Both the position numbers and the translations under genes were made by a program. From Bacillota bacterium (GTDB taxonomy: Bacteria; Bacillota; Negativicutes; CTSoil-072), in the NCBI GenBank assembly GCA_017889545.1, contig JAGFZV010000007.1:82435-146434 (forward strand): a stretch of DNA of 64,000 bases, given 5' to 3'. Positions 1-9,579 of this stretch are shown here, piece after piece. The notes beneath the pieces were generated by a model. The model was given only the letters and a program-made list of their open reading frames with translations. It made no database searches and was not told the origin of the DNA. Positions within the stretch are counted from its first letter, which is position 1, and each line of letters starts with the position of its first letter.

Positions 1-330
1 CGTATCGAATTCCTGGATGTGCGCACTGTCCGGCAGCATGATACCCGCCAACTCCGTGGTGACTTTGGTAGCATAAATTTCGCCCTTAAAGCCTTCTTTG
101 CAAAGCTTAGGCAACAATCCACTGTGGTCAATGTGCGAGTGAGTCAAAAGTACGCAATCAATCTCAGCAGGATTAAATAAGAACCCTCGTTTATTCAATA
201 AGACCACAGCTTTGGATCCCTGAAACATGCCGCAATCGATCAAAATTTTCTTATTATCCGCTTCCAGCAAATAAGATGATCCGGTAACCATCATCGTTGC
301 TCCCAGAAAAGTCAACCGCATAGAGCCACA
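1..330 (-). CDS. MBL-fold metallo-hydrolase (beta-CASP-like), N-terminal part; the gene runs off the window start
   Basis: Reverse translation from 330 gives [20 protein letters not shown]...[15 protein letters not shown]. The HxHxDH metallo-beta-lactamase motif is present. No stop codon occurs before position 1. Confidence 0.6.
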
Positions 331-336
331 TCCTTT

Positions 337-1272
337 TCAATGATCGGATTCTTCTCCCAAAACACGCACTTCCGGCTGTAATAGTACCCCAAACTGGTTC
401 TGCACCCGACGTTGAACCTCCTGAATGAGAGTCAGTACGTCTTGCGCAGTCGCTCCTCCGGCATTCACAACAAAGCCGGCATGTTTGCCCGACACTTGCG
501 CGCCGCCGATTTTAAATCCTTTGAGTCCGGCCTGATCAATTAATGTGCCGGCAAATTGGCCGGGCGGCCGTTTAAACGTGCTGCCCGCACTTGGCAGTTC
601 AATGGGCTGTTTGCTTTCCCGACGAAGAGTTAATTCGTTCATTTTTTGGCAAATATGATTATTTTCGCCTTTTTGTAAATCAATTTCCACTTCGCAAACC
701 ACGTAATGATTTTCTTGAAAAACACTATGCCGGTAACGAAAAGCAATGTCCTGGCGGGAAAATCGCCTTATCTCGCCTAAAGGCGATACAGCCGTTACAG
801 AATTGACGACACAACTCATGTCGCTTTCATACGCTCCGGCATTCATAAACACTGCACCACCGACACTGCCAGGAATGCCGATTGCAAATTCAAACCCCGT
901 TAACCCTTGTTTTGAAGCATAAGTGGATACATCAGACAATAATGCGCCTGCGCCGGCAACAATTCGGGCGCCTTCATGGCGGATGCCGGCAAAATCCTTG
1001 TCAAATTTCAACACAATGCCCCGTATTCCGCCATCCAAAACAAGTACATTGGATCCATTTCCCAATATTGTTAGAGGAACCTGCTGTTCATTCGTTAGAG
1101 ATAGTACAGTCGCAACATCTTGAACGGAAGACGGAAAAATAATACAATCAGCAGGCCCGCCAATTTTAAACGTCGTATATTTTGCCAGCGGTTCCGAAAA
1201 TAGCATGCGGGTTGATGGTAAACTTTTTTGTATTTCCTGTAAAACCGCTCGTGAACATTTATTTTTTTCCAA
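337..1272 (-). CDS. murB: UDP-N-acetylenolpyruvoylglucosamine reductase
   Basis: 311 aa. KYTTFKIGGPAD FAD-binding N-terminus. GNGSNVL and the C-terminal MurB domain (SAGSTFKRP, GGAQVS) are present. Confidence 0.9.
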   Translation of the reverse strand: MEKNKCSRAVLQEIQKSLPSTRMLFSEPLAKYTTFKIGGPADCIIFPSSVQDVATVLSLTNEQQVPLTILGNGSNVLVLDGGIRGIVLKFDKDFAGIRHEGARIVAGAGALLSDVSTYASKQGLTGFEFAIGIPGSVGGAVFMNAGAYESDMSCVVNSVTAVSPLGEIRRFSRQDIAFRYRHSVFQENHYVVCEVEIDLQKGENNHICQKMNELTLRRESKQPIELPSAGSTFKRPPGQFAGTLIDQAGLKGFKIGGAQVSGKHAGFVVNAGGATAQDVLTLIQEVQRRVQNQFGVLLQPEVRVLGEESDH

Positions 1273-1615
1273 GAATATCTAGTCCTTCAGCTACCGATTC
1301 GGCAATAATTTTCGAAATATCATTCATAACCATTTGGAAACGTCCCTGCGCTTGTATATAGTCCAGTGCAGTTTTATTATAGCGGATCAATTCAATCATC
1401 TTCTGTAATTGCTCTTTCTTGTCCTTATCCTCAGGCGCGCCGGATAACGCTGCATACTCAACTTCCATTTGTTTGGCAAAAAAATCATTCACCATTTTTT
1501 TTGCGGCAGGGTCGGCAGCAAGCGGTTGCTTGGCTTTCAAAACAGCCTGATATTCGTCGGAAGTATTCAACGCCTTTGCCAGATCATGAGCCTTATCATG
1601 AATATTCATATTCAT
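1259..1615 (-). CDS. YlbF/YmcA-family (UPF0342) regulatory protein
   Basis: 118 aa, MNIHDKAHDLAKALNTSDEYQAVLKAKQPL..., the typical helical YlbF/YheA pattern. The true start may be the 3rd Met. Confidence 0.6.
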   Translation of the reverse strand: MNMNIHDKAHDLAKALNTSDEYQAVLKAKQPLAADPAAKKMVNDFFAKQMEVEYAALSGAPEDKDKKEQLQKMIELIRYNKTALDYIQAQGRFQMVMNDISKIIAESVAEGLDILGKK

Positions 1616-1754
1616 TCCACCTTATCTTATATAATACTTATTTCCTTACTTCTACTTTCAACAGTACGTTGATATTGCTTCCATGGCAATCCTTAAAAAT
1701 CCTGCTTGATAAAATTTCCGTTTCATTATTCCGAGGAAATAAGCCAACTCTTTG

Positions 1755-2213
1755 TTAGCGCAATGAAAGAAAATTCATTTGCCGCAAGGCTTCATACGCC
1801 ACAACGGCGACTGCATTGGAAAGATTCAGCGATCGGGCGTCTTCCAACATTGGAACCCGGATGCAATGCGTTTCATTAGCCGCAAGCAAATCTTCCGGCA
1901 AGCCTGCTGTTTCTTTGCCAAAAACCAGAAAATCATCCTGCGAAAAAGAAATATCCGTATATTTTTTTTGCGCTTTTGTCGTATTAAAATAAAAAGCATG
2001 ACCGGCGTATTGCTCGGCCAATTCAGGAAAACTATCGTGGCAGTGAACTGTAACCAAATGCCAATAATCAAGCCCGGCTCGTTTCAAATAACGGTCCTCA
2101 ATCGAAAAGCCCAACGGACGAACCAAATGCAATTCGAAACCCGTAGCCGCACATAAGCGGGCAATATTCCCAGTGTTGCCGGGAATTTCGGGTTCTACCA
2201 AAACAATATGCAT
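1755..2213 (-). CDS. trmL: tRNA (cytidine/uridine-2'-O)-methyltransferase, SpoU/TrmL family
   Basis: MHIVLVEPEIPGNTGNIARLCAATGFELHLVRPLGF...RAGLDYW is the classic TrmL N-terminus. The start is taken at the internal Met (ORF-track start 2228). Confidence 0.8.
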   Translation of the reverse strand: MHIVLVEPEIPGNTGNIARLCAATGFELHLVRPLGFSIEDRYLKRAGLDYWHLVTVHCHDSFPELAEQYAGHAFYFNTTKAQKKYTDISFSQDDFLVFGKETAGLPEDLLAANETHCIRVPMLEDARSLNLSNAVAVVAYEALRQMNFLSLR

Positions 2214-2214
2214 C

Positions 2215-3126
2215 TCAACTACCCCCAATATCCGGTTTAGATTTAAAATTCAATTGCAGCAAAATAACCGCAATAACAACCAATGCACCGCCAGCCATTT
2301 GCAAAACGCTCATTGTTTCCCCTAATACCCAATAAGCAACCAATGACGCCCAAACAGGTTCCATACAAGCGGTTACCCCTACGTTAGTCGGCGGCAAAAA
2401 ACGCATTCCTATGAAATACAACAAAAATGGTATAATTGTAGAAAATATGACGACATACGACAACATCCCCAAATGAGCAGCTGTGATCCCTTCGCTTTCC
2501 CAGCCATGAGGAAGGATAACCCACCAAAACAAAGCTCCAAAACCAATCGAATAAAGCAGTGCCGTAACAGGCTGATATTGACGGACTGCCCGCTGGCCAA
2601 AAATAGTATTAAAGGCCATGAATACAGCTGACAAAAGTCCGCTGGCCACTCCCATCATACTGATTGATGCCAAATCTCCCGTTCCCAGCAAAATCAGCAA
2701 CCCGCCAAACGTAGCCAAAAAAACCGCCCCGCCGCGAAACCAGCCAAGAGAAACTTTTTGCCAAAGAACAGCATAGGCAGCCATAAACACAGGTGCTAAA
2801 TACTCCAGAAAAACCGCCGTCGCCACATTTGTGGACAAGATTGTAAAGTAATAAAAAAAATTGACCGCCGACATGCCGAAGATCCCCAAAATTGCAAAAT
2901 AGCCAATATCCCGCTTAGAAATTTTCAACAATTCCGGCTTGTAAAAATACAAGCCTACCGCCAACACCAAAAAAGACAATGAGAGCCGTAACTTTACAAG
3001 CAAAAAAGGACTCATCGCCTGATTAAACATTAATTTTGCAACAGATCCGCCAACGCCCCACAAAACTGCTGCGACGGCCACTGCCATATATCCCCGGATT
3101 TCATCGCGCAAAAAAAAATCACCCAT
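2215..3126 (-). CDS. EamA/DMT-family membrane transporter
   Basis: 303 aa, about 10 predicted TM helices, two EamA-like halves. Confidence 0.7.
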   Translation of the reverse strand: MGDFFLRDEIRGYMAVAVAAVLWGVGGSVAKLMFNQAMSPFLLVKLRLSLSFLVLAVGLYFYKPELLKISKRDIGYFAILGIFGMSAVNFFYYFTILSTNVATAVFLEYLAPVFMAAYAVLWQKVSLGWFRGGAVFLATFGGLLILLGTGDLASISMMGVASGLLSAVFMAFNTIFGQRAVRQYQPVTALLYSIGFGALFWWVILPHGWESEGITAAHLGMLSYVVIFSTIIPFLLYFIGMRFLPPTNVGVTACMEPVWASLVAYWVLGETMSVLQMAGGALVVIAVILLQLNFKSKPDIGGS

Positions 3127-3171
3127 TCCATTATTTCATTTCCATGCATCAACATTATATCATTCCACAGA

Positions 3172-3206
3172 TTAAAAAAAAATCCTACCCCGAAAGGCAG
3201 GATTAA
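3172..3206 (-). terminator. Rho-independent terminator between the M20 gene and the EamA gene
   Basis: Minus strand reads aatcctgcctttcggggtaggatt followed by T9 (plus strand shows an A-run, then the hairpin). Confidence 0.6.
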
Positions 3207-3245
3207 AAACGAACTATATAAGATGATGTGGTCCGTATCACGTTT

Positions 3246-4415
3246 TTAGGATAAGAGTTTTAGTGCTGTTCTGGCCATCACTTCTACTCCGTTTGCCAAC
3301 GCCTTTTCATCCATATCAAATTTGGGGTGATGGTGAGGATAAACAATCCCTTTTTCCGGATTGCCAATTCCAACAAAAATAAATGCTCCCGGAACTTTTT
3401 CCTGAAAATAGGAAAAATCCTCTCCGCCCATGGATGGTTGAATTTGAGTCACACCTTGATTCCCCAATACTTCGGCGCCAACTTCGGCAAAAGTTTTAGT
3501 AATCGCCAAATCATTGATCACCGGCGGGAACCCGAAGATTTTATCAACGGAATAGGTTGCGCCGGCTGCTTCACAGATCCCTTTGGTGATCTGTTCAATT
3601 CGTTCAAATACCTTTAGCCTGACTTGCTGTTCAAATGACCGTACAGTCCCTTTCATGACAGCAGTATCAGGGATAATATTGAACACTTCGCCCGAATGGA
3701 AGGAACCGATTGACAATACCGCTGCTTCCAGCGGATCGACACTCAGACTGGTCACAGAACTGAGTGCAGTGGCGATTTGTGCAGCAACCAGTAATGCGCT
3801 GACGGTTTGATGAGGCATTGAACCGTGTCCTCCACGGCCTTTTACAGTAATGGCAAACTCATCGGGCGCCGCCATCATTCTTCCGTAGGCAATCCCGATT
3901 GCATCAATTGGAACGGGCTGCCACAGATGAGCGCCGATAATCATATCCACGCCGTCCAATGCGCCCTCTGCAATGAGAGATAACGCTCCGCCGGGAAATT
4001 TTTCTTCCGTCGGCTGAAACAAAAAACGGACATTACCGGCCAACTCTTCTTTCATTTCGGTTAATACCTTGGCAACACCCAGCAGCATGGCAATGTGCCC
4101 GTCATGACCGCAGGCATGGCACACGCCATGATTTTGCGACTGATACGATTGCTCACACTCATCCTGGATCGGCAGTGCATCTATATCAGCACGAATTGCC
4201 AAAGTAGGGCCCTGTTTCGCGCCCTCTAATTCGGCAATGACGCCTGTGTTGGCTATCGGCCGCGGTTTCAGACCCAGCGCTGTCAGTTCTGCCATAATTC
4301 TTTTCTGGGTATTGAATTCTTGGGTGCTTAATTCGGGATACATGTGGAAATAGCGCCGTAAGGCTACCACCGCTTCATGTTGTTCCTGTACCAGCTGTTT
4401 GACGTCTTTCTTCAA
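3246..4415 (-). CDS. M20D-family amidohydrolase (N-acyl-L-amino acid amidohydrolase / hippurate hydrolase-like)
   Basis: 389 aa. Metal-binding motifs HACGHDGH and ...GGEDF.. are present. HHHPKFD at the C-terminal side. Confidence 0.8.
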   Translation of the reverse strand: MKKDVKQLVQEQHEAVVALRRYFHMYPELSTQEFNTQKRIMAELTALGLKPRPIANTGVIAELEGAKQGPTLAIRADIDALPIQDECEQSYQSQNHGVCHACGHDGHIAMLLGVAKVLTEMKEELAGNVRFLFQPTEEKFPGGALSLIAEGALDGVDMIIGAHLWQPVPIDAIGIAYGRMMAAPDEFAITVKGRGGHGSMPHQTVSALLVAAQIATALSSVTSLSVDPLEAAVLSIGSFHSGEVFNIIPDTAVMKGTVRSFEQQVRLKVFERIEQITKGICEAAGATYSVDKIFGFPPVINDLAITKTFAEVGAEVLGNQGVTQIQPSMGGEDFSYFQEKVPGAFIFVGIGNPEKGIVYPHHHPKFDMDEKALANGVEVMARTALKLLS

Positions 4416-4490
4416 TTTGATGACCCCTCTCTAATTTCGCACACATAAATTGTGATTGCTGGGAAACTTGATCTTTTAGTACATTAGCGG

Positions 4491-5684
4491 CTAATCAGCA
4501 AAATCCTGCAAGTAATCCAACGTTAATTGGGATAAAGCTGCCGCCCCATAGGGCAATGCACCTTCATCAATGTCAAATTTCGGATGGTGCCACTGTAAAT
4601 CCATTCCGATTGACTGGCTGCCGGTACCAAGCCAAAAATAAACTCCCGGCGTCTGTTGCTGATAGATGGCAAAATCTTCACCGCCCATACAAGGGAATGC
4701 TGCAACCAATCCTTCGGCGCCGACTACTTTTTCCAATGATTGCCGGCAAAATTTTTGCAAATTCTCCGGATTAATCACGGCAGGCAGGTCGTGGCGATAC
4801 ATCATATCGACTTCTGTATTCATCGCAGCGGCAATGTGAGTGACCATCGAACGGAGACGTTCCGGCATCCCGCTTCGCAGCTGCGGACAAAAAGTTCGCA
4901 CGGTACCCCATATTTCGACTTTTTCCGGGATCACATTATTGGCTTCACCGCCATGAATACTGCCAAAAGAAATAACAACAGCATCCAACGGATTTACCTG
5001 TCTGCTGACAATGGTCTGCGCGCCCTGAATAATAGCCGCGGCCGCGACAATTGGATCAAGGGTTGTATGCGGCATGGCGCCATGCCCGCCCTTTCCCTGT
5101 ACTGTAATACGAATAACATCCACGGCTGCCATCAATGGACCGGATTTAAAGGCAATTTTGCCAACCGGAATATCCGGTTTCGTATGCAGACCAAAAATCA
5201 CATCCACTTTGGGTGCAGCAAGTACTCCTTGATCAATCAACGACTGCGCCCCGCCAAAAAGCTCCTCCGCCGGCTGAAAAAGCAACTTCACTGTCCCTTT
5301 CAGTTCGTTCCGACGCTGCACTAACAAGCGGGCTGCTCCCAGCAAACAGGCAATGTGCGCATCGTGACCGCAAGCATGCATCACACCGGGGGTCTGTGAT
5401 TGGTAAGATACGTCGTTTTCCTCCTGGACAGGCAGCGCGTCTATATCCGCCCGCAATGCGACAACTTTTCCCGGCTGTTTTCCTTCAATAATTCCAACAA
5501 CGCCTGTTTCCTTGTTTAATGGGAGAATCTCTACGCCATAACTTTGCAATATAGTACGGATTAACTGGGATGTTCGGTGTTCCTGAAATCCGATTTCCGG
5601 ATAGCGGTGAATGGCGCGACGGATTTCAATTAGCGAATGATGCATCGTCTTTGCTTGTGAAATGAGCGGTTCCATAACATACAA
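4491..5684 (-). CDS. M20D-family amidohydrolase, tandem paralogue of the preceding gene
   Basis: 397 aa. MHACGHDAH, GGEDFA and WHHPKFDIDE motifs. Collinear similarity to 3246..4415 over the full length. Confidence 0.8.
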   Translation of the reverse strand: MYVMEPLISQAKTMHHSLIEIRRAIHRYPEIGFQEHRTSQLIRTILQSYGVEILPLNKETGVVGIIEGKQPGKVVALRADIDALPVQEENDVSYQSQTPGVMHACGHDAHIACLLGAARLLVQRRNELKGTVKLLFQPAEELFGGAQSLIDQGVLAAPKVDVIFGLHTKPDIPVGKIAFKSGPLMAAVDVIRITVQGKGGHGAMPHTTLDPIVAAAAIIQGAQTIVSRQVNPLDAVVISFGSIHGGEANNVIPEKVEIWGTVRTFCPQLRSGMPERLRSMVTHIAAAMNTEVDMMYRHDLPAVINPENLQKFCRQSLEKVVGAEGLVAAFPCMGGEDFAIYQQQTPGVYFWLGTGSQSIGMDLQWHHPKFDIDEGALPYGAAALSQLTLDYLQDFAD

Positions 5685-5710
5685 GTCCTTTCCCGTTTAA
5701 ATAATTTCGT

Positions 5711-6334
5711 TTAACTGCCAATGCTCCAAAATACCAGGACCCCAAATAAAAAGAGAATGAGCCCCGATAGTTTGTTCACTAACACGAGCCATTTCGGACT
5801 AAGCCGTATTTGGAAAAAGCTAATACCGGCACTAAGAAAAAACCACCAAATTGCAGAGCCGGTAAACACCCCCAAAACCATAATAACAGCGGAAAAATAG
5901 TTTTTTCCGGCATCGGCCAACCCCAATCCGGCAAAAATCATTACATAAGCAATGATTGTCAGCGGATTAGTCAAAGTTAATGCAAATGTGGACAGATACG
6001 CTCCCAGCAATCCATTGCTGGACACATCGATCGAGGTTTCTCCCTGCAAAGGTTTGCTTAAAAACGCCCTAATCCCAAGCCAACAAAGAAAAATGCCACC
6101 CGCAATGGATAGCCGCAGTTTTTGGCTGATCATAAAATCGGAAATAAAAGTAAGTCCAAAGGCAGCGATTCCTCCATATATTGCATCGGCCGTCGCCGCT
6201 CCCAAACCGGAGTAAAATCCATAGGCCCGGCCCTTGGCAAAGGTACGGCGAATACATAGAATGCCGATCGGCCCTACCGGAGCGGCAATAGAAAATCCAA
6301 CAAGAATCCCCTTAAAAAACAAAAACAGCTCCAC
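5711..6334 (-). CDS. LysE/RhtB-family amino-acid exporter
   Basis: 207 aa, 6 TM helices. N-terminus MELFLFFKGILVGFSIAAPVGPIGILCIRR is typical of LysE translocators. Confidence 0.7.
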   Translation of the reverse strand: MELFLFFKGILVGFSIAAPVGPIGILCIRRTFAKGRAYGFYSGLGAATADAIYGGIAAFGLTFISDFMISQKLRLSIAGGIFLCWLGIRAFLSKPLQGETSIDVSSNGLLGAYLSTFALTLTNPLTIIAYVMIFAGLGLADAGKNYFSAVIMVLGVFTGSAIWWFFLSAGISFFQIRLSPKWLVLVNKLSGLILFLFGVLVFWSIGS

Positions 6335-6559
6335 GCCCCATACTCCTCCGTTGCTTTCTATTTATAGACAATCAGAAGGATCATTCCTTTAGTATACTTA
6401 TTTGCCTTTCAAGCCGTCAACTCCTGCCCCTGCACAGATTAAGTTGTTATCCTTCAGCAAAGTGCAAATTGCAGGATTTTTTAATGTATTGTATAATAAC
6501 ATCACTCATGAAAGAATAACCGGACAGGCAGGTTCGCTTCTCAAAGGAGGATTCATTCA

Positions 6560-6832
6560 ATGTCCAAAAGGATTGGCGTAATTGGGATTGTTCTTAATAA
6601 TCCGCATGCTGTCGCCGACAAAGTGAATAGTATTATTAGTGGATACGGTCAAATCATCATTGGCCGGATGGGAATTCCTAAACAGGAAGAAAATGTCGGG
6701 TTGATTGCGCTTCTAATTGAGGGCAGCACCGATGAGGTTGGCGCACTAACCGGCAAACTTGGCAACATTCCTGGTGTTATCGTTAAATCTGCACTTACTT
6801 CCCGGCAGCCGGCAAACAAAACAAATGCCTGA
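6560..6832 (+). CDS. Small conserved ACT-like protein. It may belong to the TM1266-type 'iron-only hydrogenase system regulator' family; this is low-confidence recollection
   Basis: 90 aa. Strong RBS (AAAGGAGG, then 9 nt, then ATG). Preceded by an extended -10 (TGTATAAT, about 6490). Followed by a hairpin at about 6858-6890. Confidence 0.5.
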   Translation: MSKRIGVIGIVLNNPHAVADKVNSIISGYGQIIIGRMGIPKQEENVGLIALLIEGSTDEVGALTGKLGNIPGVIVKSALTSRQPANKTNA

Positions 6833-6941
6833 AATTGAAATTATCCTGTCAAAAAAAAACGAAAAGGGAATGGCCTTGCCTATCCCTTTTCTTCCCATTT
6901 TTGTCCAGAAAACAATATTGTTTGATTTAGCTATCTGACTC

Positions 6942-7757
6942 TTACAAAACAGACATATTATGGTCTTTCACGTCGCAAATAAACATGTGCCCAGGCGCAT
7001 GCGTAATCATCAATTCCGGTTTTACAGTCATGGCAACCGCTTGCGGCGTAACTCCACAAGCCCAAAATACCGGTACTTCACCTGGACGGATGGTAACGGG
7101 ATCGCCGAAATCGGGTTTTGCAATATCCTTAATGCCGATGGCTTCCGGATCACCCAAATGGATCGGTGCACCATGCACTGCCGGAAACCGTGATGTGATC
7201 TGTACCGCACGGATAACCATTGCTTGGGGGATCGGCCGCATGCTAACCACAACAGGACCATGAAATACGCCTGCCCTCTGGCATTCAATATTCGTGATGT
7301 ACATCGGAACATTACAGTTCTCTTCAATATGACGGATCGGAATATCGGCGTCCAGAAGCGGCGTTTCAAAAGTAAAACTGCAGCCTAATAAAAAAGCGAC
7401 CAAATCATCACGCCAATATTTTGCCAAATCCAAAACTTCCTCCACCAACTCACCATGACGATAAATTCGATATTTCGGGATATCGAACCGCAAATCCGCT
7501 CCAGGCGCCATCAAGCGAGGTTCAGCTGAACCCATTTCAGTGACATCAAGTACCGGACATGGTTTGGGATTACGTTGGGCAAACAGTAAGAAATCAAAGG
7601 CCAGTTCACGTGGTAAGATGGCCAGATTGGCTTGCGTAAAGCCTTTTGCCATTCCCGAGGTTGGCCGAACTAATTTGTTGGCCCGGAATAATTTGCGTAT
7701 TTCTTGGGGCGGCATGTTTGCATATTCCGACATCAAAATCCCTCCGCATCTTTTCAC
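6942..7757 (-). CDS. DUF1445 / UPF0317 putative hydro-lyase (D-glutamate cyclase-like)
   Basis: 271 aa (start possibly at MSEYANMPP, 7733). Conserved blocks [32 protein letters not shown]. Confidence 0.65.
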   Translation of the reverse strand: MKRCGGILMSEYANMPPQEIRKLFRANKLVRPTSGMAKGFTQANLAILPRELAFDFLLFAQRNPKPCPVLDVTEMGSAEPRLMAPGADLRFDIPKYRIYRHGELVEEVLDLAKYWRDDLVAFLLGCSFTFETPLLDADIPIRHIEENCNVPMYITNIECQRAGVFHGPVVVSMRPIPQAMVIRAVQITSRFPAVHGAPIHLGDPEAIGIKDIAKPDFGDPVTIRPGEVPVFWACGVTPQAVAMTVKPELMITHAPGHMFICDVKDHNMSVL

Positions 7758-7951
7758 AAAACTTTAGAAAACCCGGCTTGCGCCGAACTTTTATAGCGAC
7801 GGCGGAAGCCGTTGGTTGCACTTATGTACACCAGATAAAAAAAATTTATACTTTCTGGTGTACTAAAAAAGGAATTCGCCATAAACAGCGCAATTCCTTT
7901 TCATTCAGTGAGCCTTAGGCTGTTAACGAAGATAAAGAAGGTGAACTTAGC

Positions 7952-9571
7952 ATGAAGCGCTTTATTTCTACCCTCATCGCTGTCTTGCTGATCGCTGTCA
8001 TCAGTTTTGAAAGCAGCCTGTTCTTCGGTGTGCTCGATTACAAACCAGACCTTGAAGTCACCGAGCAAAGCAATGAATATCTTCTCACTTGGACAAAATT
8101 CCTCTTACCGGTTCATTACGAAGTAGAAATATTAAGTACGCCTCCTGTCAGTGATCAGAAAAAAATGCCAAAGTCCAAAATCATCGCCAAATATAGCACC
8201 TGGGATAAAACCCTGATTATTAACCAGAGCTTCCCTTTTCGTACCTATTGGCGGGTTTCGGCGCGCGGTTTATTTAATAACCCGATTGGTTCTTTTTCCG
8301 ATGCGGTTAATTTAGCAGAAGTCATGAAAGTCACTCCGAAAGACTTTGCCCAGGTAAAACCGCAACTGCTTTCAAAATATCCTGCAGAATCTCCTGCTCC
8401 GGAACAGCCTATGCTTGCATGGAGCGTAGTACAGGGCGCCGTATTTTATGAAATTGAATTGCTAAGTCAACCGCCGGAAAATCCGAATGATATTGAGCCT
8501 TCCATGTACCGCATAGCCACCTCGCGCGAAATATTCAATAACGGCTTTAACGCCAGTTTGGAAAATCATGCCGGCAATCATTTTTACTGGCGGGTGAGGG
8601 CTCTGGATTATACGGGTTCGCCGATGGGCGTTTTTTCTGATGCCGGGGAAATTTTTATTGACCGTTCAATCAAACGGCCGCTTAAACCGCTTCTCAATAC
8701 CACCTTTAATCAAAACGGCATGCCGACGCCGCTTTACCCGGCTTATTCCTGGATCCCCATTCGCGGGGCCACCCGCTATGAAGTGGAGATTACTTCTTCG
8801 CCGCCCGAAAACCCGAACGGCACTGCACCCTCCGTCCATCGGATATGGAGTAAGCAAGTCATTGCGTTTGACTGTTACGATGATGAAGCTAGGATCATAC
8901 CGGGAATTTATTATTGGCGAGTGCGCGGATTGGATAATGACGGACAGACTGTGGGCATTTTTTCGGATGCACAGCCTTTTGTGGTCGATCTGAGCAAAGG
9001 CAACTATTCTGCGTGTTACGGCGATAGTATCACCCACGGCGGGGGTGCAATCTCATATTCCCCATCAGATTGGGAATATAGTTTTCAAACTTATTTAAAT
9101 TTCCCAACCGTTAATCTAGGTCGAAGCGGTGACACGTCCGAAACAATGGTGGACCGTTTCGAAGAAGAAGTGCTGCCATTTCATCCGAAATATTTGATTA
9201 TTCTCGGAGGGACAAACAGCCTTCGCGGCGGAGCTGCCCCTTCGCAAGTGATAAAAGATCTTACCATCGTGCGCGAAAAATGTCTCGCGAACGGAATTCG
9301 GCCGATTTTTATGACATTGCCGCCCATAAACCCTGAATTCATTCTTCGCGCTTTCAATGAAGAAACCGTCCCCGATTGGCGCGAACGGTTTGATATTGTA
9401 AACCGGTTTATTCGGCAACAACGTTATGTGATCGACCTCGAACCATATTTTATGGATCCCGATCGCAGCCTGCCGGATCATTTTGCCGTCGATGGCCTGC
9501 ATCTCGATATTGAAGGGAAAAAATTAATGGCGCAAATTATTAACGCACAGTGGAGCAAAGTGACCCGCTGA
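7952..9571 (+). CDS. Secreted or membrane-anchored SGNH/GDSL hydrolase with three N-terminal tandem beta-sandwich-like repeats
   Basis: N-terminal hydrophobic signal/anchor. Three repeats of about 85-95 aa, each containing YE(V/I)E(I/L)xSxPP...YWRVxAxx..G...G(S/V/I)FSDA. The C-terminal domain carries SGNH blocks CYGDSITHGG, ILGGTNS and DGLHLD. Confidence 0.75.
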   Translation: MKRFISTLIAVLLIAVISFESSLFFGVLDYKPDLEVTEQSNEYLLTWTKFLLPVHYEVEILSTPPVSDQKKMPKSKIIAKYSTWDKTLIINQSFPFRTYWRVSARGLFNNPIGSFSDAVNLAEVMKVTPKDFAQVKPQLLSKYPAESPAPEQPMLAWSVVQGAVFYEIELLSQPPENPNDIEPSMYRIATSREIFNNGFNASLENHAGNHFYWRVRALDYTGSPMGVFSDAGEIFIDRSIKRPLKPLLNTTFNQNGMPTPLYPAYSWIPIRGATRYEVEITSSPPENPNGTAPSVHRIWSKQVIAFDCYDDEARIIPGIYYWRVRGLDNDGQTVGIFSDAQPFVVDLSKGNYSACYGDSITHGGGAISYSPSDWEYSFQTYLNFPTVNLGRSGDTSETMVDRFEEEVLPFHPKYLIILGGTNSLRGGAAPSQVIKDLTIVREKCLANGIRPIFMTLPPINPEFILRAFNEETVPDWRERFDIVNRFIRQQRYVIDLEPYFMDPDRSLPDHFAVDGLHLDIEGKKLMAQIINAQWSKVTR

Positions 9572-9579
9572 ATAATTTG

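Noticed and set aside
591-1142. Short plus-strand ORFs (71, 86, 66 aa) inside murB
   Set aside because: Antisense to a high-confidence gene. No independent support.
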